DNA of 64,000 nt, from the NCBI RefSeq assembly GCF_036321535.1, contig NC_087437.1, positions 30,878,001 through 30,942,000 of the forward strand, read 5' to 3'. The notes under the pieces are model-generated. The model saw only the letters and a program-made list of their open reading frames with translations, was not told where the DNA came from and did not search any database. Positions within the stretch are counted from its first letter, which is position 1; each line of letters begins with the position of its first letter. The DNA comes from Camelus dromedarius (taxonomy: Eukaryota). Shown here piece by piece: positions 29,071 to 41,999 of this stretch. A program made the position numbers and the translations under genes.

Positions 29071-29560
29071 TCTGATATGTTTTGAAGGCAGAGGCAAAGG
29101 ATCTGCTGTTGGATTGCATGTGGTGTGGGAAAGAGAGAGTAGACAGTTGAGTTTTAACTTCCAAATTTCTCAGCCTAAACAATCAGAAGGATGGAATTTC
29201 TGTTTATCTGATGGGAGGGAATGCAAGAGTTTGAGCTAGCTTATGAGGTTCTAGATGCCTTATTGAACATTGAAATGAAGGTATGAATAGGCAGTTGTAT
29301 ATTTGAGTCAAGACAGTAGAAGAGAAAACTGGGCTAGAGAAATAAATTGGGGGGTATACCAACATATGGACAGAATTTAAGGTCATGAGAGTTTGGGATC
29401 ACTCAAAGTGTTTTGAGAAGAGATGTAAGGGCTGAGTACTTGGTGACTTTCATGTGTAGAGATGGATAAGATGAAGAGCTAGCAAAGAAGATTCAGAAGG
29501 GATAAGAAATGAACCAAGAGAGTGGTGTCCTAGAAGCTGAGTAAAGAAAGTGTGAGGTTC
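29070..29560 (-). mobile_element. L2 continuation
   Basis: gattctgatatgttttgaaggcagag... continues the L2 interrupted at about 24290. Confidence 0.65.
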
Positions 29561-30178
29561 CCTGATAGAGTACGATGAGTATAAGTTTGGGAGTCTGGCA
29601 GGCCTGATTTTACTACTTAACTAGCTGGGAATTCAGGCAAGTTTCTTGATATCTCAGAGCCATAAACAGGGGCTGTATGTAAAAACATCTAGCCTAACAT
29701 CTGCTGCTTTATAGATAATAATTTGTCAGAAACATTAATCAAGTCCCTGAAGTTATATTTGTGGTTAATAATATCTGAGGAAGAAACACACTAGATTATT
29801 CTGATAGGTTTAATGTTTCAGGATCTTATAATATAGAAAATTGGTAGCTGCACATTGCATGTGAGAAGCATATGGGACTGAGAACCAAAATTGAGTATCA
29901 GTGCATTAAATAGACAAGACAATTGCAGTAACCTGGGTGGAGAAGTGAGGGTGCTATGAAATAATCTCTGTAGAACTTTTCTTACTGTCATATATATACT
30001 GTTCATTAATTACTACATAAAGAAAGACTTTTATAAAGATAGATCATGACAATGTAGACTTTCTTTGTATTGTGTTTTTTTCCCCTTATAGCTAAAAGTT
30101 GACTAATTTGTGTCAGTTTTCACATTTATAGGGGAAGAAATTGTGAGGAATTACTGTGGGTACTGGCTGAGTCCTTTC

Positions 30179-30212
30179 ACACTTGATCTTAGCCAAAAGG
30201 CCGAGAAGCGAT
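30179..30212 (-). pseudogene. 3'-truncated U2 snRNA retrocopy (U2 nt 1-34) with 15-bp target-site duplication
   Basis: Minus strand reads ATCGCTTCTCGGCCTTTTGGCTAAGATCAAGTGT, the 5' end of vertebrate U2. Flanked by ggctgagtcctttca at 30165-30179 and 30213-30227. Confidence 0.95.
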
Positions 30213-30266
30213 GGCTGAGTCCTTTCAATGCGAAAAAAAATTAATTTGTTATTTTTCTCTATAAAG

Positions 30267-30460
30267 GTATAGCAAATGAGTCTAAAAAATTATATGGAGC
30301 ACAGTTCCACCCTGAAGTTGGCCTTACAGAAAATGGGAAAGTAATACTGAAGAATTTCCTCTATGATATAGCTGGGTGCAGTGGGACCTTCACTGTGCAG
30401 AACAGAGAACTTGAGTGCATTCGAGAGATCAAAGAGAGAGTGGGTACATCAAAAGTTTTG
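30267..30460 (+). CDS. GMPS: GMPS exon 6 (catalytic His/Glu, QFHPE)
   Basis: ataaag|GTATA...TTTTG|gtaagc; GIANESKKLYGAQFHPEVGLTENGKVILKNFL...GTSKVL. Confidence 0.97.
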
Positions 30461-30708
30461 GTAAGCGATTTACACCTGTAAGTCTAAATTTTTGTCAATA
30501 ATGTTGGAACTCAGAATTGGCTTCCTCAACATAGCCCTTAAATGTTGGCTGCGTGATCATGTGCTTTGTGAGTTGCACTTTCAGAGCGCTTTTCCAGTTA
30601 CCGTACCTACCTTTGATAACAGTGTTTTTTAGGTAGTGATTTAAGATGATAGCTTTTGTCATCTTTTTCCTTATTCTACTCAGTTTTTCTTTTCATTTCA
30701 CCTTTTAG

Positions 30709-30874
30709 GTTTTACTCAGTGGTGGAGTAGACTCAACAGTTTGTACAGCTTTGTTGAATCGTGCTTTGAACCAAGATCAGGTCATTGCTGTGCACATTGA
30801 TAATGGATTTATGAGAAAACGAGAAAGTCAGTCTGTAGAAGAGGCCCTCAAAAAGCTTGGAATTCAAGTGAAAG
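30709..30874 (+). CDS. GMPS: GMPS exon 7 (ATP pyrophosphatase PP-loop)
   Basis: ttttag|GTTTTA...GAAAG|gtattg; VLLSGGVDSTVCTALLNRAL...HIDNGFMRKRESQSV. Confidence 0.97.
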
Positions 30875-31647
30875 GTATTGATGAACTCCAGAAAAGTTAG
30901 TTTACGTGTCAGGGCTTATTAAATCAAATCTAGCCTATGGTTTAAGTAAGTGCATTACCTTAACCAAGTACAGTTTTCCCAATAAGCTTATGGTTGAAAA
31001 TGTTTCTTAATTTTACATTACAATTCTGGTTCAAGAGGGGTTCCAGTGTAAATTTTAAAACTGTTGATTACTCCTAATGTTTTATATGGATCAACAAGTT
31101 ACCATTTTCTAGCTACCATTCTGTTCTTTCTATTCATTCTTTTTTAAATTATGTTTTCCCACCCATAATATCTGTGCATGAGAATATCCAAACTTTCCTG
31201 TTACAGATACAGATGTACAGATTATTTTACAGATAAAAGAGCTTATATAGAGAAAAGGAGTGAAGCGTCTATAAGTCACTTTTTTTAGGGCCACTAGTAA
31301 ACTTTTTAAGCCTTAACTGCATTTACATTTGTGGATATCTTGTATACTTTTTAAAGACAAGACATAATCAATAGAGTGAAATTAAGTCAATAGTTTAATG
31401 ATATAAACTACATATTATTGATTTAATTGGAATTGTTGCTAAAAGATGCGAATATAAAATGAAGACAGAGTTAAAAATGAAGTAAAGATGAATCTGTTTC
31501 TTTTCCCCTTTTGAAACTTCACTAAAATAACAGTATAGGCATTAAAACAAGTGTAATGCCACAAGGATAATAAGGAATAGAGAGGAGGTGATAGCAGTCT
31601 AATGGTTTCAACAAAATGTTGGAATGTGGAAAGTAGACGGATAATGC

Positions 31648-32082
31648 AAAGTTTCTCTGATAAGCTAATGAAACTTAAATTTCAGGATCCTCATTAGCGA
31701 AGCCTTTTCTAAAACCTGGGGAAAGACCCTAGTAGTGTCCTTCACGTGGTCATAAATTTTATGAAATTCGCAAGTAAGATATTTTAATAATTTGTAATTA
31801 ATTTAGTTTACTGAATCTTTCCATCTAACTCGCTTTCTTTTGGGTGGTTTTGGGGTGTAGGCATTTTAAGATTAGGCTAAGGAAAAGTTGAGTTGGGGGT
31901 ACACTTAGTTGGGGTTTAGTGCTATATATGCAATGTGCAATTGTTTCTGTATATAGTTTGTGTTAGCTATCCTAGTCTTAACTTGTGATTTAAAAAAATG
32001 CGTCTCTTGTTAATTCTTTTTCTCGAAGGAAGCCTCCAAATTGTAAATGTTTCAGCCCCACAAAAACCTGCATCTGTCCCTG
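31648..32082 (-). mobile_element. hAT MITE (MER96B-like)
   Basis: End gcctccaaattgtaaatgtttcagccccacaaaaacctgcatctgtccctg; opposite end aagctaatgaaacttaaatttcagg. Confidence 0.6.
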
Positions 32083-33077
32083 TTAACTGACATAGGAGAA
32101 ACTTCACAACCTTGGTGTGGGGAGTAAGGGAAGGAAGCCAACAAAAAGCAACACTTCTGGGGAAGCTCAGGAGTTGGAACATTGGCTTCCCTGTTGGGCC
32201 TGGCTCACTGAGTCATTTTAAAACTGATTTGTTAAAAATCTGAGAGCAGATCTTTTTCCTTAAAACAGGAACACACTGCTGCTATCCCTTTTCATCAAGA
32301 GAGGCTAAACAAGAGAAACTCTGGACTTGGGCATATTAATTCCAGGCAGAGTTGAGGGTGGAAGTAATATTCTACATTAAAAACAGTAAAATTAAGTAAA
32401 AATTTCCTGGTATCTCCCTCCTCCCACAACTTCCTCTGTTCAACTACCAAAATGCTGATAGGCAGGAAACTGGAGATACCTTCTCTGGGATAAATGACCA
32501 GCTTAAGAGAAAGACCTGCAAATTCACTGGTGGTCCCGAGTGAAGTAGCCAGCTGCCTTGGCATCTTACAGCGAAGCCCAGCAGTTGTTCAGCTTTATTA
32601 CCAAATAGAGATTTTAGTTAGTTGTTTTTAAATATTTCACTATTAAATATAAAAGGACAGCCAAGGATCGCTGAATATATGTTCATAGACATCAAGTTTT
32701 TAAGAGACTTGGTCAGTATGAAATTCTGAGAACTCTGATCCCTGTATATCTGCTACTGCTTTAATTCCTTTGGGGCTTTGCTTCTTGCTGGGGCTTTTGC
32801 TGTTGCTCTGGTGAAACACTGAATAGAGGGAAAGCAATTAGCATAATTTGTGATATTATGGGCCAAGATCATTAAATGCGACAGGATTCTCAAAAGAATA
32901 AAATTTAATGAGTGCCTGTGTGTGGACTCATGGTTTATTGGTGGTTCTGAAATATGTAGGCAAACTAAAGGGAGATCAGAGGATCTGTCTAGGTTTTCTT
33001 TTTGTTGTTTGACCTATTATTTATGATTTAAAACAATCTTCTATGAGTTTAAAACATGCTTCTCCCCTCTTCCCCAG

Positions 33078-33229
33078 TGATAAATGCTGCTCATTCTTTT
33101 TATAATGGAACAACAACTCTACCAATATCAGATGAAGACAGAACTCCACGAAAAAGAATAAGCAAAACATTAAATATGACTACGAGTCCTGAGGAGAAAA
33201 GAAAAATCATTGGGGATACTTTTGTTAAG
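33078..33229 (+). CDS. GMPS: GMPS exon 8
   Basis: ccccag|TGATA...TTAAG|gtacct; VINAAHSFYNGTTTLP...SPEEKRKIIGDTFVK. Confidence 0.97.
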
Positions 33230-33720
33230 GTACCTTTTTAACATCCTCAACGTGTACTATTTTTGATGTGAATTTTAGTATTTTTTTCTTGTCATTATAC
33301 CAGATAACCACATTTTCTGGCTAATGTTAATTCCTTTGTTAGCTAAGAGTTTTACTGTGTATTGCTATCCTACTGACCAGTAGAAAGCGTTTTATGTTTT
33401 AAAAAACAAGTGTACTTATTTTGTCAGGCTATTGGTTTAATTGTTTAAGGATAGGTGTTTTCACTTGATATTATATTTTAGTTCTTTGGGTATTTCAGTG
33501 GCTAGTTTTTTTTTTAGGCTTTTGATGGGAATATTGGCATAACTTTTTGAATCATGTCAAGGATATGTTCTAAAGGAGTTTATTTTGGGGACTGGTGGAT
33601 TTCATCTCCTGGTCAGTATTGCAAAAGGACTGTTGAAAAATTTAGCTGAAAGTATAAACTTCTGTTGTCTTTTAGAAAAAATTCACTTCTTAAAAGGCTG
33701 TTTACTCCCGTTGATTATAG

Positions 33721-33894
33721 ATTGCCAATGAAGTAATTGGAGAAATGAACCTGAAACCAGAGGAGGTTTTCCTTGCCCAAGGTACTTTACGGCCTGATCT
33801 AATTGAAAGTGCATCCCTTGTTGCAAGTGGCAAAGCTGAACTCATCAAAACCCATCACAATGACACAGAGCTTATCAGAAAGTTGAGAGAGGAG
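33721..33894 (+). CDS. GMPS: GMPS exon 9
   Basis: ttatag|ATTGCC...GGAG|gtaaga; [30 protein letters not shown]...[17 protein letters not shown]. Confidence 0.97.
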
Positions 33895-33944
33895 GTAAGA
33901 GCTTATGAGAACTTGTGCCATAAATCCTCCCTCCCTTCCCCGCT

Positions 33945-34930
33945 CCCTTAATCATTTTTTAAGTGTACAGTTCAGTAATGTTAAGCATATTTGTATTGTG
34001 AAACAGATCTCCACAACTTTTCCATCTTCCCAAACTGAAACTATATACCTATTGAACAACAGCTACCCTTTTCTCCTTCTCCTTAACCCCAGTAACCTAC
34101 CACTTTACTTTGTTTCAGTGAATTTGACTACTTTGGATACCTCATATAAGTGAAATCAGTGTTTGTCTTTTTGTGACTGGCTTATTTCACTTAGTATAAT
34201 AGATCCTCAAGGTTCTTCCATGTTGTAGCCTGTGACAGGATTTCCTTCCTTTTTTAATTGAATAATATTCTATTGTATGTATATACATATTTTGTTCATT
34301 TATCTGTCAATGCACATTTGGTTTGTTTCCACTTTCTGGCTGTTATGAATTGTGCTGCTATGAACATGGGTTTGCAAATATCTCTTGGAGCCCCTGCTTT
34401 CAGTTTCTTGGATATATACCAAGAAGTGGGATTTCTGAATCTTACAGTAGTTCTATTTTTAATTTTTTGAGCAACCTCCTTAAATGTTTTCATAACAGTT
34501 ACACCATATTACAGTCCCACCAAACAATGCACAGAGCTTCCACTTTCTCTACAGCATGCCCAACACTTGTTATTTTCTGCTTGGTTTTTGTTTTCGTTTT
34601 GAGAGTAGCCATTCTAAGGGTTGAGGATTATCTGTCCCTTTTTATTTTGGGCATCCTAGTGGATGAGAAGTGGTATCTCGTTGTGGTTTTGATTTACATT
34701 TCCCTAGTAGCTAGTAATGTCAGTCATCTTTATGTGCTTATTGGTCATTTGTATATCTTCTGTGGAGAAATACCTATTCAGATCTTTTGCCTATTTTTAG
34801 ATTGGCTTATTTATCATTTTATTATTGATTCGTGTTTTTTGTATAATCTGGTTACACATCCTTTATTAGATATATGATTTGCCTTCTGTGGATTGTCTTC
34901 ACTTATTCATGGTATCATTTGGTGAGTTTT
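33945..34930 (-). mobile_element. L1MB-type 3' end
   Basis: tttttaagtgtacagttcagt...; minus-strand peptide ICKPMFIAAQFITARKWKQTKC (ORF2p C-terminus). Confidence 0.85.
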
Positions 34931-35247
34931 TTAAGCACTAGCACGGTATTTTCTAATTGCCTTGTTTTCAGATGAGAACTAGATCAGAGTTGAGTGGGTA
35001 TGTTTGCTCTGATTTATTTCTATTTAAGAGGTTTATGTTTAAAATGTGTTTCAAAGAGAAATATGAAGATCACTAAAATATTCATCTAACTCTTTATAAG
35101 CATATAGGAGGAAATACTTTAAAAGGTCGAGTTTTGAAAAATGATTTTTTAAGGTAAAAGACAACAGGAAAAGCCAGTAATTACTTTTTGTTTTCCATGT
35201 CATTTTGGTTACTACTTTGTATTAATTGGCCTTTTTCTTCTTTGTAG

Positions 35248-35353
35248 GGAAAAGTAATAGAACCTCTGAAAGATTTTCATAAAGATGAAGTAAGAATTTT
35301 AGGCAGAGAACTTGGACTTCCAGAAGAGTTAGTTTCCAGGCATCCGTTTCCAG
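35248..35353 (+). CDS. GMPS: GMPS exon 10
   Basis: ttgtag|GGAAAA...TCCAG|gtgaaa; [35 protein letters not shown]. Confidence 0.97.
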
Positions 35354-36009
35354 GTGAAAAAACAGAACTGAGTTCTGTTTGATTTGTTATTAGGCCTTAA
35401 TGTTGAAGAAAAATCAACTCAGACAGTTTTTGAAGTAATTTATCATCTTAGGACATATGTAACTTGAGAGAAAGGAAAGGATGGGTAGGGAATAAACATT
35501 CTTTTTAGAGCCTACTGTATATATTTCATTTTTTATTAAATACTCATCTAACCATTTTTGTATAGATTGGCATGTAATGTTGCCATCAGATGAGAAAACC
35601 AAGAAATAGAGATATTTTAATAACACTGCTACACAGCTCTTAGTGTTAGAGCTGGGATTTTTATGTTCCTTCTACTATACTACGACATATTCCATGGAAG
35701 ATGGGGTTAAAACTTGGTTCTCTGAAATCCCTTATCCCATAGCCGACTTGTCTACATGGAGGAACGATTTCTTTGAACAGTGCTTTATGTAACTAATTCA
35801 TGAACAAATAAAAATAGTCAGTTTTTAAAATACTTTGCTGTATAAAAAAATAGATAATTAGAGTTAATATTTGTTGAAAGTTAGAATTGAGAGTCTTAAA
35901 CATATTTTTGTTATGGTTCTTGAGCTTGGATAAGTCTTACACTTCAGTTTCTAGGCCTCTACATAGTCATTAGGTGATGAATTGAGAGAATGGTCTAATT
36001 AAATTAAAA

Positions 36010-36240
36010 AACATAATAATAGTTAACATTTCTTGCATACTAACATGTTCTAGGCATTCTGCTGAGTATTTTACACACATTGTCTTATTTGATCCTCACA
36101 ATAGAATCTGTTTTGCAGATGAGGAAATTTAGGGACAGAGGATAGTTTGCCAAGGGTTATGCAGGTTGGGTTTGGAAATAGGATTCTAGTCCCAAAAATC
36201 TCACCTCAGAGCTTGTTACTCCTAGCTACTGTATTATCTC
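36010..36240 (-). mobile_element. MIR SINE
   Basis: aataatagttaacattt...atttgatcctcacaat...gcagatgaggaaatttagggacagag core. Confidence 0.75.
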
Positions 36241-36705
36241 CATGAACAATGTCACAAAGGTATAACCCATGTGGATATTAGCACTTGTTTACATTATTAA
36301 CTTAAACTCTAGTAATTTAAGTTTCTCAGTCCCTAACATGTATGTTGGCAAAGGATTGTGTATATAAGTAATTTTAAACAGATTGACATACATATTGTGA
36401 ATTAAAAATATTTATTGGAGAATTCTGTGACACTTAATACATGAACTTTCAGGATAGGAGACAGAAATCATTGATTTAAAGAGAATTGAAGCATTCTTAA
36501 AAAATGAAGAGTTGGATGGGAAAGTAATAGCTACATTTGAAATTAAACACTTGAAAAAACCTACACTGTATATGTCAATTATATTTCAGTAAGATTGGTA
36601 AAAAATACAATATAAAAATATATTTTGGGAATAGTGACTTTAAGTCAGTTTTTTATATTTAACATAACCTTTAAATTAAATACCACTGTTAACTGTTCTC
36701 TATAG

Positions 36706-36821
36706 GTCCTGGCCTGGCAATCAGAGTAATATGTGCTGAAGAACCTTATATTTGTAAGGATTTTCCTGAAACCAACAATATTTTGAAAATAGTAGCTGAT
36801 TTTTCTGCAAGTGTTAAAAAG
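36706..36821 (+). CDS. GMPS: GMPS exon 11
   Basis: ctatag|GTCCT...AAAAG|gtagta; GPGLAIRVICAEEPYICKDFPETNNILKIVADFSASVKK. Confidence 0.97.
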
Positions 36822-37279
36822 GTAGTAATTTACATTGAATATGTATATTATAGGAGCTTTAAACAGACACAGATAATCAGTACAAGGAATTGAATGGATT
36901 CTTGTTTTACTCCAGTTTTTATAGTGAAGTGATTAGGGTTTCATTATTTGAAATTTCTAAGTAATTTAATCTTTGAAATGACTATGAAGAAAGTATTCTA
37001 CAGAGATTCTTAAATGCAGACTTCTCTTTCCAGCCATTCCATATATTTTAACAGATACCTTCAATCGGTAAAAATGCTAGATATAAAGTATTTTAAAACA
37101 CCTTTCCATACGTATTGCAAGAAAGTAAGGGAAATCATTTTAGTTCTAAATTGAGGATGATGGAAAAGTCTCCAGTTCTTTATATATTTGGTGCCTAAAT
37201 TTATTATCTGTGTTAAACTTTGGTTGGTAGTGCTTCCAGGTGTCAGGCAAGAAGCAGTGTAAATTCTCTTTGGAATATC

Positions 37280-39030
37280 TTCAACTAGGTCTCAAAGAAT
37301 TCCTGTAGATAGAGTTCCAACAAGTATGAGCTTACAATAAAAAACTATAAAATATGTATAAAAAGTAAGGCACCATGAATGAGAGCTAGTGGGAACAACT
37401 AGCAGAAGACCCTCAAGCACTTCAGGTATTGGAATTAGCAGACTGACAATGTGTAAAGTACATAGAATTAAAAGAAGCTATTGATATAAGAATAAAGTGT
37501 ATGATAAGAGAATAAAAAAATGGCTAGGGTGCTTTGGAAAAAAAATTAAGTTCTAGAAATAACTGGAATTAAAAAAAGCTAATGAGAGAATTAGTGAACT
37601 TGAAGACAGATGTTAAATTATCCGGAAATTGGAACAAAGCATCAAAGAGAAAATATGGTTAGAAGAGGTTAAGAGAGAATGAGAATGTCAGCTTTAATGT
37701 GTGTCTAGAAGGAGATAATAGACAAAAGTATTTTAATTCTTCCACATTGGTGAAAGCACCGTGCCTCAGATTCAGGAAACATAATAACATCCCAACCAGG
37801 ATAAAGGAAAAGAATTTGGCATCCAGTAGGCTTACCTATGGAAACTGCAGAATGTGAAAGACAAAGCAGCTGCAGAAAAAAGATTGATTTCCACATAAAG
37901 GAAAGACTATTACTGAAAGCAACAGTAAAAGCAGAAAGACTTCAAAGTGCCAAGAGAAAATAATTATGAATAATAGTGAACAGATAAACTGTCTCAAAGA
38001 ACTAGGGCAAAATAAGGATATTTTCAGATAAACAGAATTTATTACGAGCAGTCTGTTACTTAAGGATAAAGGCAGTGGTTCTCAACCCTGGCTGTGTATT
38101 AGATTCAACAGGGGGAGCTTTTGAAGTATCCATGCTTGGGCCCCTTCTCTCTAGAATTTCTTACTTAATTGATGTGGGATGGTACCTGAGCATACTAAGT
38201 AATTTGTGTACAGCTAGGGTTAAGAACCACTGTTTTAAAGAACTGACTTTAGGAGAATCAAAAGGATCCTGGTTGAAAGGTCTGAGATATAAAATGGAGT
38301 GGTAAGCAAATAAAATGGTAAGTGGATAAAATTAAACAGACATGGACTGTATAAAATAATGGTCTGATTTTTGATGTTTATTTTTAAAAACAGTATAACA
38401 TTGTATAGCTAAAGTAACGTATAAGTCACAGTGGGGGCTGATGGGAGTTAAAGCATTCGAAGATGCTTTGTATTGTTCGCCAGGTGGACAGAGAGGTTGA
38501 TTCTCTTTTGTTAAGTATCCTTAATAACTTAATCCTGATAACATTGAAGGGGAACTGTTAAAGAATAAAAATAGAAAGTTTAATTTCAAAACTAGCAAAG
38601 GGGAAATAAATGAACTGTCAGAAATCATCAGTTCAGAAGAAAATAAAAAAGGAGAAAGAAACAAAAAGTGTGGCAAATAGAAGCTACTGAATAAAATGGT
38701 AGGATGGCATTCAACTATATTATTAACCCACGATTAAAAAGGACTAATAACTCTAACTAGTTTGTTTATCTAGGGATAGAAGGAGTGAAGGTAAAAAAAA
38801 AAAAAAAGAAAAGGAAAACCTACACCAGGGAAAACAAGGAAATAGATGAAGATAATTTCAGACAAAGTTGACTTTATGGCAGAAAGTTTTATTAGAGATA
38901 AGGAGAAAGTTTGACTTGCCTGATACAATGTATAGCACACACAAGTCAGAGAGAAATGCCAAATAGGATCTATTGCTATAAACCAGTAATTATAGACACA
39001 TAAAATAGTAATAGGTACCAAAAGAGTGAG
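37280..39030 (+). mobile_element. Ancient L1/HAL1 ORF1-region relic
   Basis: A-rich degenerate ORF1 motifs (gagagaattagtgaacttgaaga; ttcaaagtgc..agagaaaataa; gatattttcagataaaca). Confidence 0.55.
38073..38232. mobile_element. hAT-Charlie MITE (MER5A-like)
   Basis: TIRs cagtggttctcaacc...ggttaagaaccactg. Confidence 0.8.
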
Positions 39031-39077
39031 TACTTTATTTCCTGAAACCCCAAGAAGTGTGTCTTTGGTTTTCCCAG

Positions 39078-39203
39078 CCACATACATTATTACAAAGAGT
39101 CAAAGCCTGCACGACCGAAGAGGATCAGGAGAAGCTGATGCAAATTACAAGCCTGCATTCACTGAATGCCTTTCTGCTACCAATTAAAACTGTGGGTGTG
39201 CAG
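39078..39203 (+). CDS. GMPS: GMPS exon 12
   Basis: tcccag|CCACAT...GTGCAG|gtgagt; PHTLLQRVKACTTEEDQEKLMQ...PIKTVGVQ. Confidence 0.97.
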
Positions 39204-41883
39204 GTGAGTTGTGTGAATTCATTGACCTGTGACATAACTTTCTGCTGCTGTTTCTGCTCATATTAAAATAGGAATGACTTAGGCAAATGAAATATGAAAG
39301 TGTATACACCAAATTTAGATGTAAAAAGGCAAAATTTAAAGAATGTTTATGAAGTGAGTAAGGTAATAGGAATGAAACATACAGACTGAGATTTTGTAGT
39401 TTTGAAACATGTCATCTGTAGTTAAAAAGATTCAAAGAATGATTTGCTATAGGATTGGCTTGCTTGCTTCTGCCTTGAAGGACAGGTACCGAGAGGTCAT
39501 GTCCTCATTTTATCTTTCTTGATATGAAATGGTCTGTGGCTTTAGAAGTCTTTAACTGCAAGAAGGTCCCTGGATGAACACGTTAAACCGTTTAGGTCTT
39601 GTTCTCAGATTGTGTATTCCTGAAACCAGTGCCCTCTGCCTTTTCATTGTGTCCTTGCTTGCTCTCTTAGCTGTGATAATGTACAGCTAACATTTTCTGT
39701 ATTTATTGTTGTCTTTCCAGGTGTTAAAGCATGTGAGGATAATATAGTTCTCACTATTGAAATGCTATTCATAAATAGATTATATTAAGTTCTCCTTTAT
39801 TTATGTGACCCTCAAGTGAGTTTCTGAGGGGGAAGATGCTTGGGAGACGAAGGAAGAGGAAGGTTTCTTTTCTGTGATTTAGAATTTGAAAACTAGAAAT
39901 CGTGTCAATAATTCAACTCAAAATGGCATGAGTGCCAGTTAGTGGGTTAATATGTTTATATTATAATGTTCTATTATAGTAAAATTATGTGTGGAAAGAA
40001 GTTAAATCTGTTTTAGAGATTCATCTAAAACTTGATAAATATACTTTTTCTTAAATATCTGAATCTGAGCTATCCATTTAAATTCCTCCTCCTGAATTCA
40101 TGTAGCTCTGTCTATAAATAAGACAATAAAAATTCATTATTTTAAAATTAAACTAAAATATTTTGGTTTAGGGAAATGATAGGGCCAGCTATTTTGTTTA
40201 CAGGACTCTTTCCCCTTCTTTCTTCCCCTTTTTAAAGGCCCTGTGTGTAAGCTACTTATGTTGTTTTTAAATCACTGTTGAAATAACCCTTCCCGGAATT
40301 GTAGAAATAATTTTCTTTCAATGGTGTATAGATTATCTCATTTATCATAAACAAATTCATTTTAAAGTTCATGATACGAGATTTACAGGCAGAAATTACT
40401 CTACTATTTAAAAATAGAAGAGCAGATAGGTTGATTTTTTTTTTTTTTTTCTTTCTTTCTTTTTTTCCTCAGTCCTAAATGGATCTATTACAGAGAACTT
40501 CCAGCTCTGTATACTGCTAGACAGGGAGTTGAACTGACCTAGTTCTTCACTCCCCTTTTTGGATAAGTGTCGTAGATAATGTCATAGATAAATAAATGTT
40601 TGAGGTAATACAATTGGTTGGATGAGGGATTTCTTTTTCTAAAAAATAAAACTTACTCAATTTCCACTACTTTTCCTTTCAAAATAAAAGTTTCTTTTGT
40701 TGTTAGTTATTTAACTTTATCTAGTCTCTTAGGCCCTTGAAGCTGAGACCCTTATAAACCCAGATAAAAATCATAATTCATGATTATGATAGCAGTGAAG
40801 TTTATTTTCTAAATATCAAACTGTACTTGTAAAGAAAAAAATTCAAAATGCAGTACATTTAAAAAGATTCTCTCTGTTTCTGCTCACCAGTTAAATGTTC
40901 TTTCTAGAAACATTTTGGAAAGAAAATGAAAGGGAATTATGGACACATTGTTCATCACTTTTTTCTTTTAACTGAGCATCATGAACTTCTTATCTTTTCA
41001 TGCCATTACCAGTAGACTCTTATTCTTAACTGCTGCCTTACATTTCATGTATGGTTATACCATAATTTGTTTAACCATTTTCTTACCAACGGACATGTAA
41101 ATAATTTTTACTTTTTCACTATTATAGGTGTTTCAGCAAGTAACAAATAAGAAATATCTTATTTCTTCAAGCAGTTATTCATGTGTTTCAGTAATATCTC
41201 CTTAATGAAAGAGCATATACATTTTAAACTTCGATAGATACTATTAGCATTAAAATAGCCTGAATTCTCATATTCTCAGTATACTGGGTATTAGGTAGTT
41301 ATCTAATGACTCTTACTCTTCAGTTGCTTTTCAGTTTAATTTTTTTGGCTTTTTTTGTTTTAAAGCAAATTATTTGGATTAAACAGGACAAAGGAAATGA
41401 GAATCAGTATTACCAGTTTTATTCACTTCCTTTAAAATTAACTTTCTTTGCTCATTTTAAAGGAATTAATAACTAAATATTTATGAAATTATTTTTATCT
41501 CTGACGTGAAAATCCTTTATCCACCTAATAAACATGGGCAGATCTTGTCTGCCAAATTAAGTGTGCTGGCCACCTACAGTTGGGCAGGTATTTGGAATGA
41601 AATCGCAATGGATCTCTGGTGCATGTTGAATAAATTCTTGAAATTACTTTGACACTTTCTTTATGTCTGAACTGATTTAGGTGTGATTTACTAGGGGATT
41701 TAATTTTAGGATTTATTTATATTATTAGTAAACTATCCATATATACTTTTATTCAAGTATGTTTTTGTTCAAAAGATTTTTTAAATTACTATTAATGGTG
41801 TTACCATGCATGAAGTATTTTCCAATTCACCTTTTGGCTTCTATAAAACCATGAAAAGTGATCAATTATATTTTTATTTTTAG

Positions 41884-41999
41884 GGTGACTGTCGTTCTTA
41901 CAGTTACGTGTGTGGAATCTCCAGTAAGGATGAGCCTGACTGGGAATCCCTTATTTTTCTGGCTAGGCTTATACCTCGCATGTGTCACAACATTAACAG
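41884..41999 (+). CDS. GMPS: GMPS exon 13
   Basis: ttttag|GGTGAC...AACAG|gtgtgt; GDCRSYSYVCGISSKDEPDWESLIFLARLIPRMCHNINR. Confidence 0.96.

Noticed and set aside
30179..30212. Functional U2 snRNA gene
   Set aside because: Only 34 of about 190 nt, with no Sm site, and flanked by a TSD.
34323..34877. Longest ORF in the track (184 aa, +)
   Set aside because: Antisense frame of an L1 3' end, with low-complexity hydrophobic composition and no gene context.
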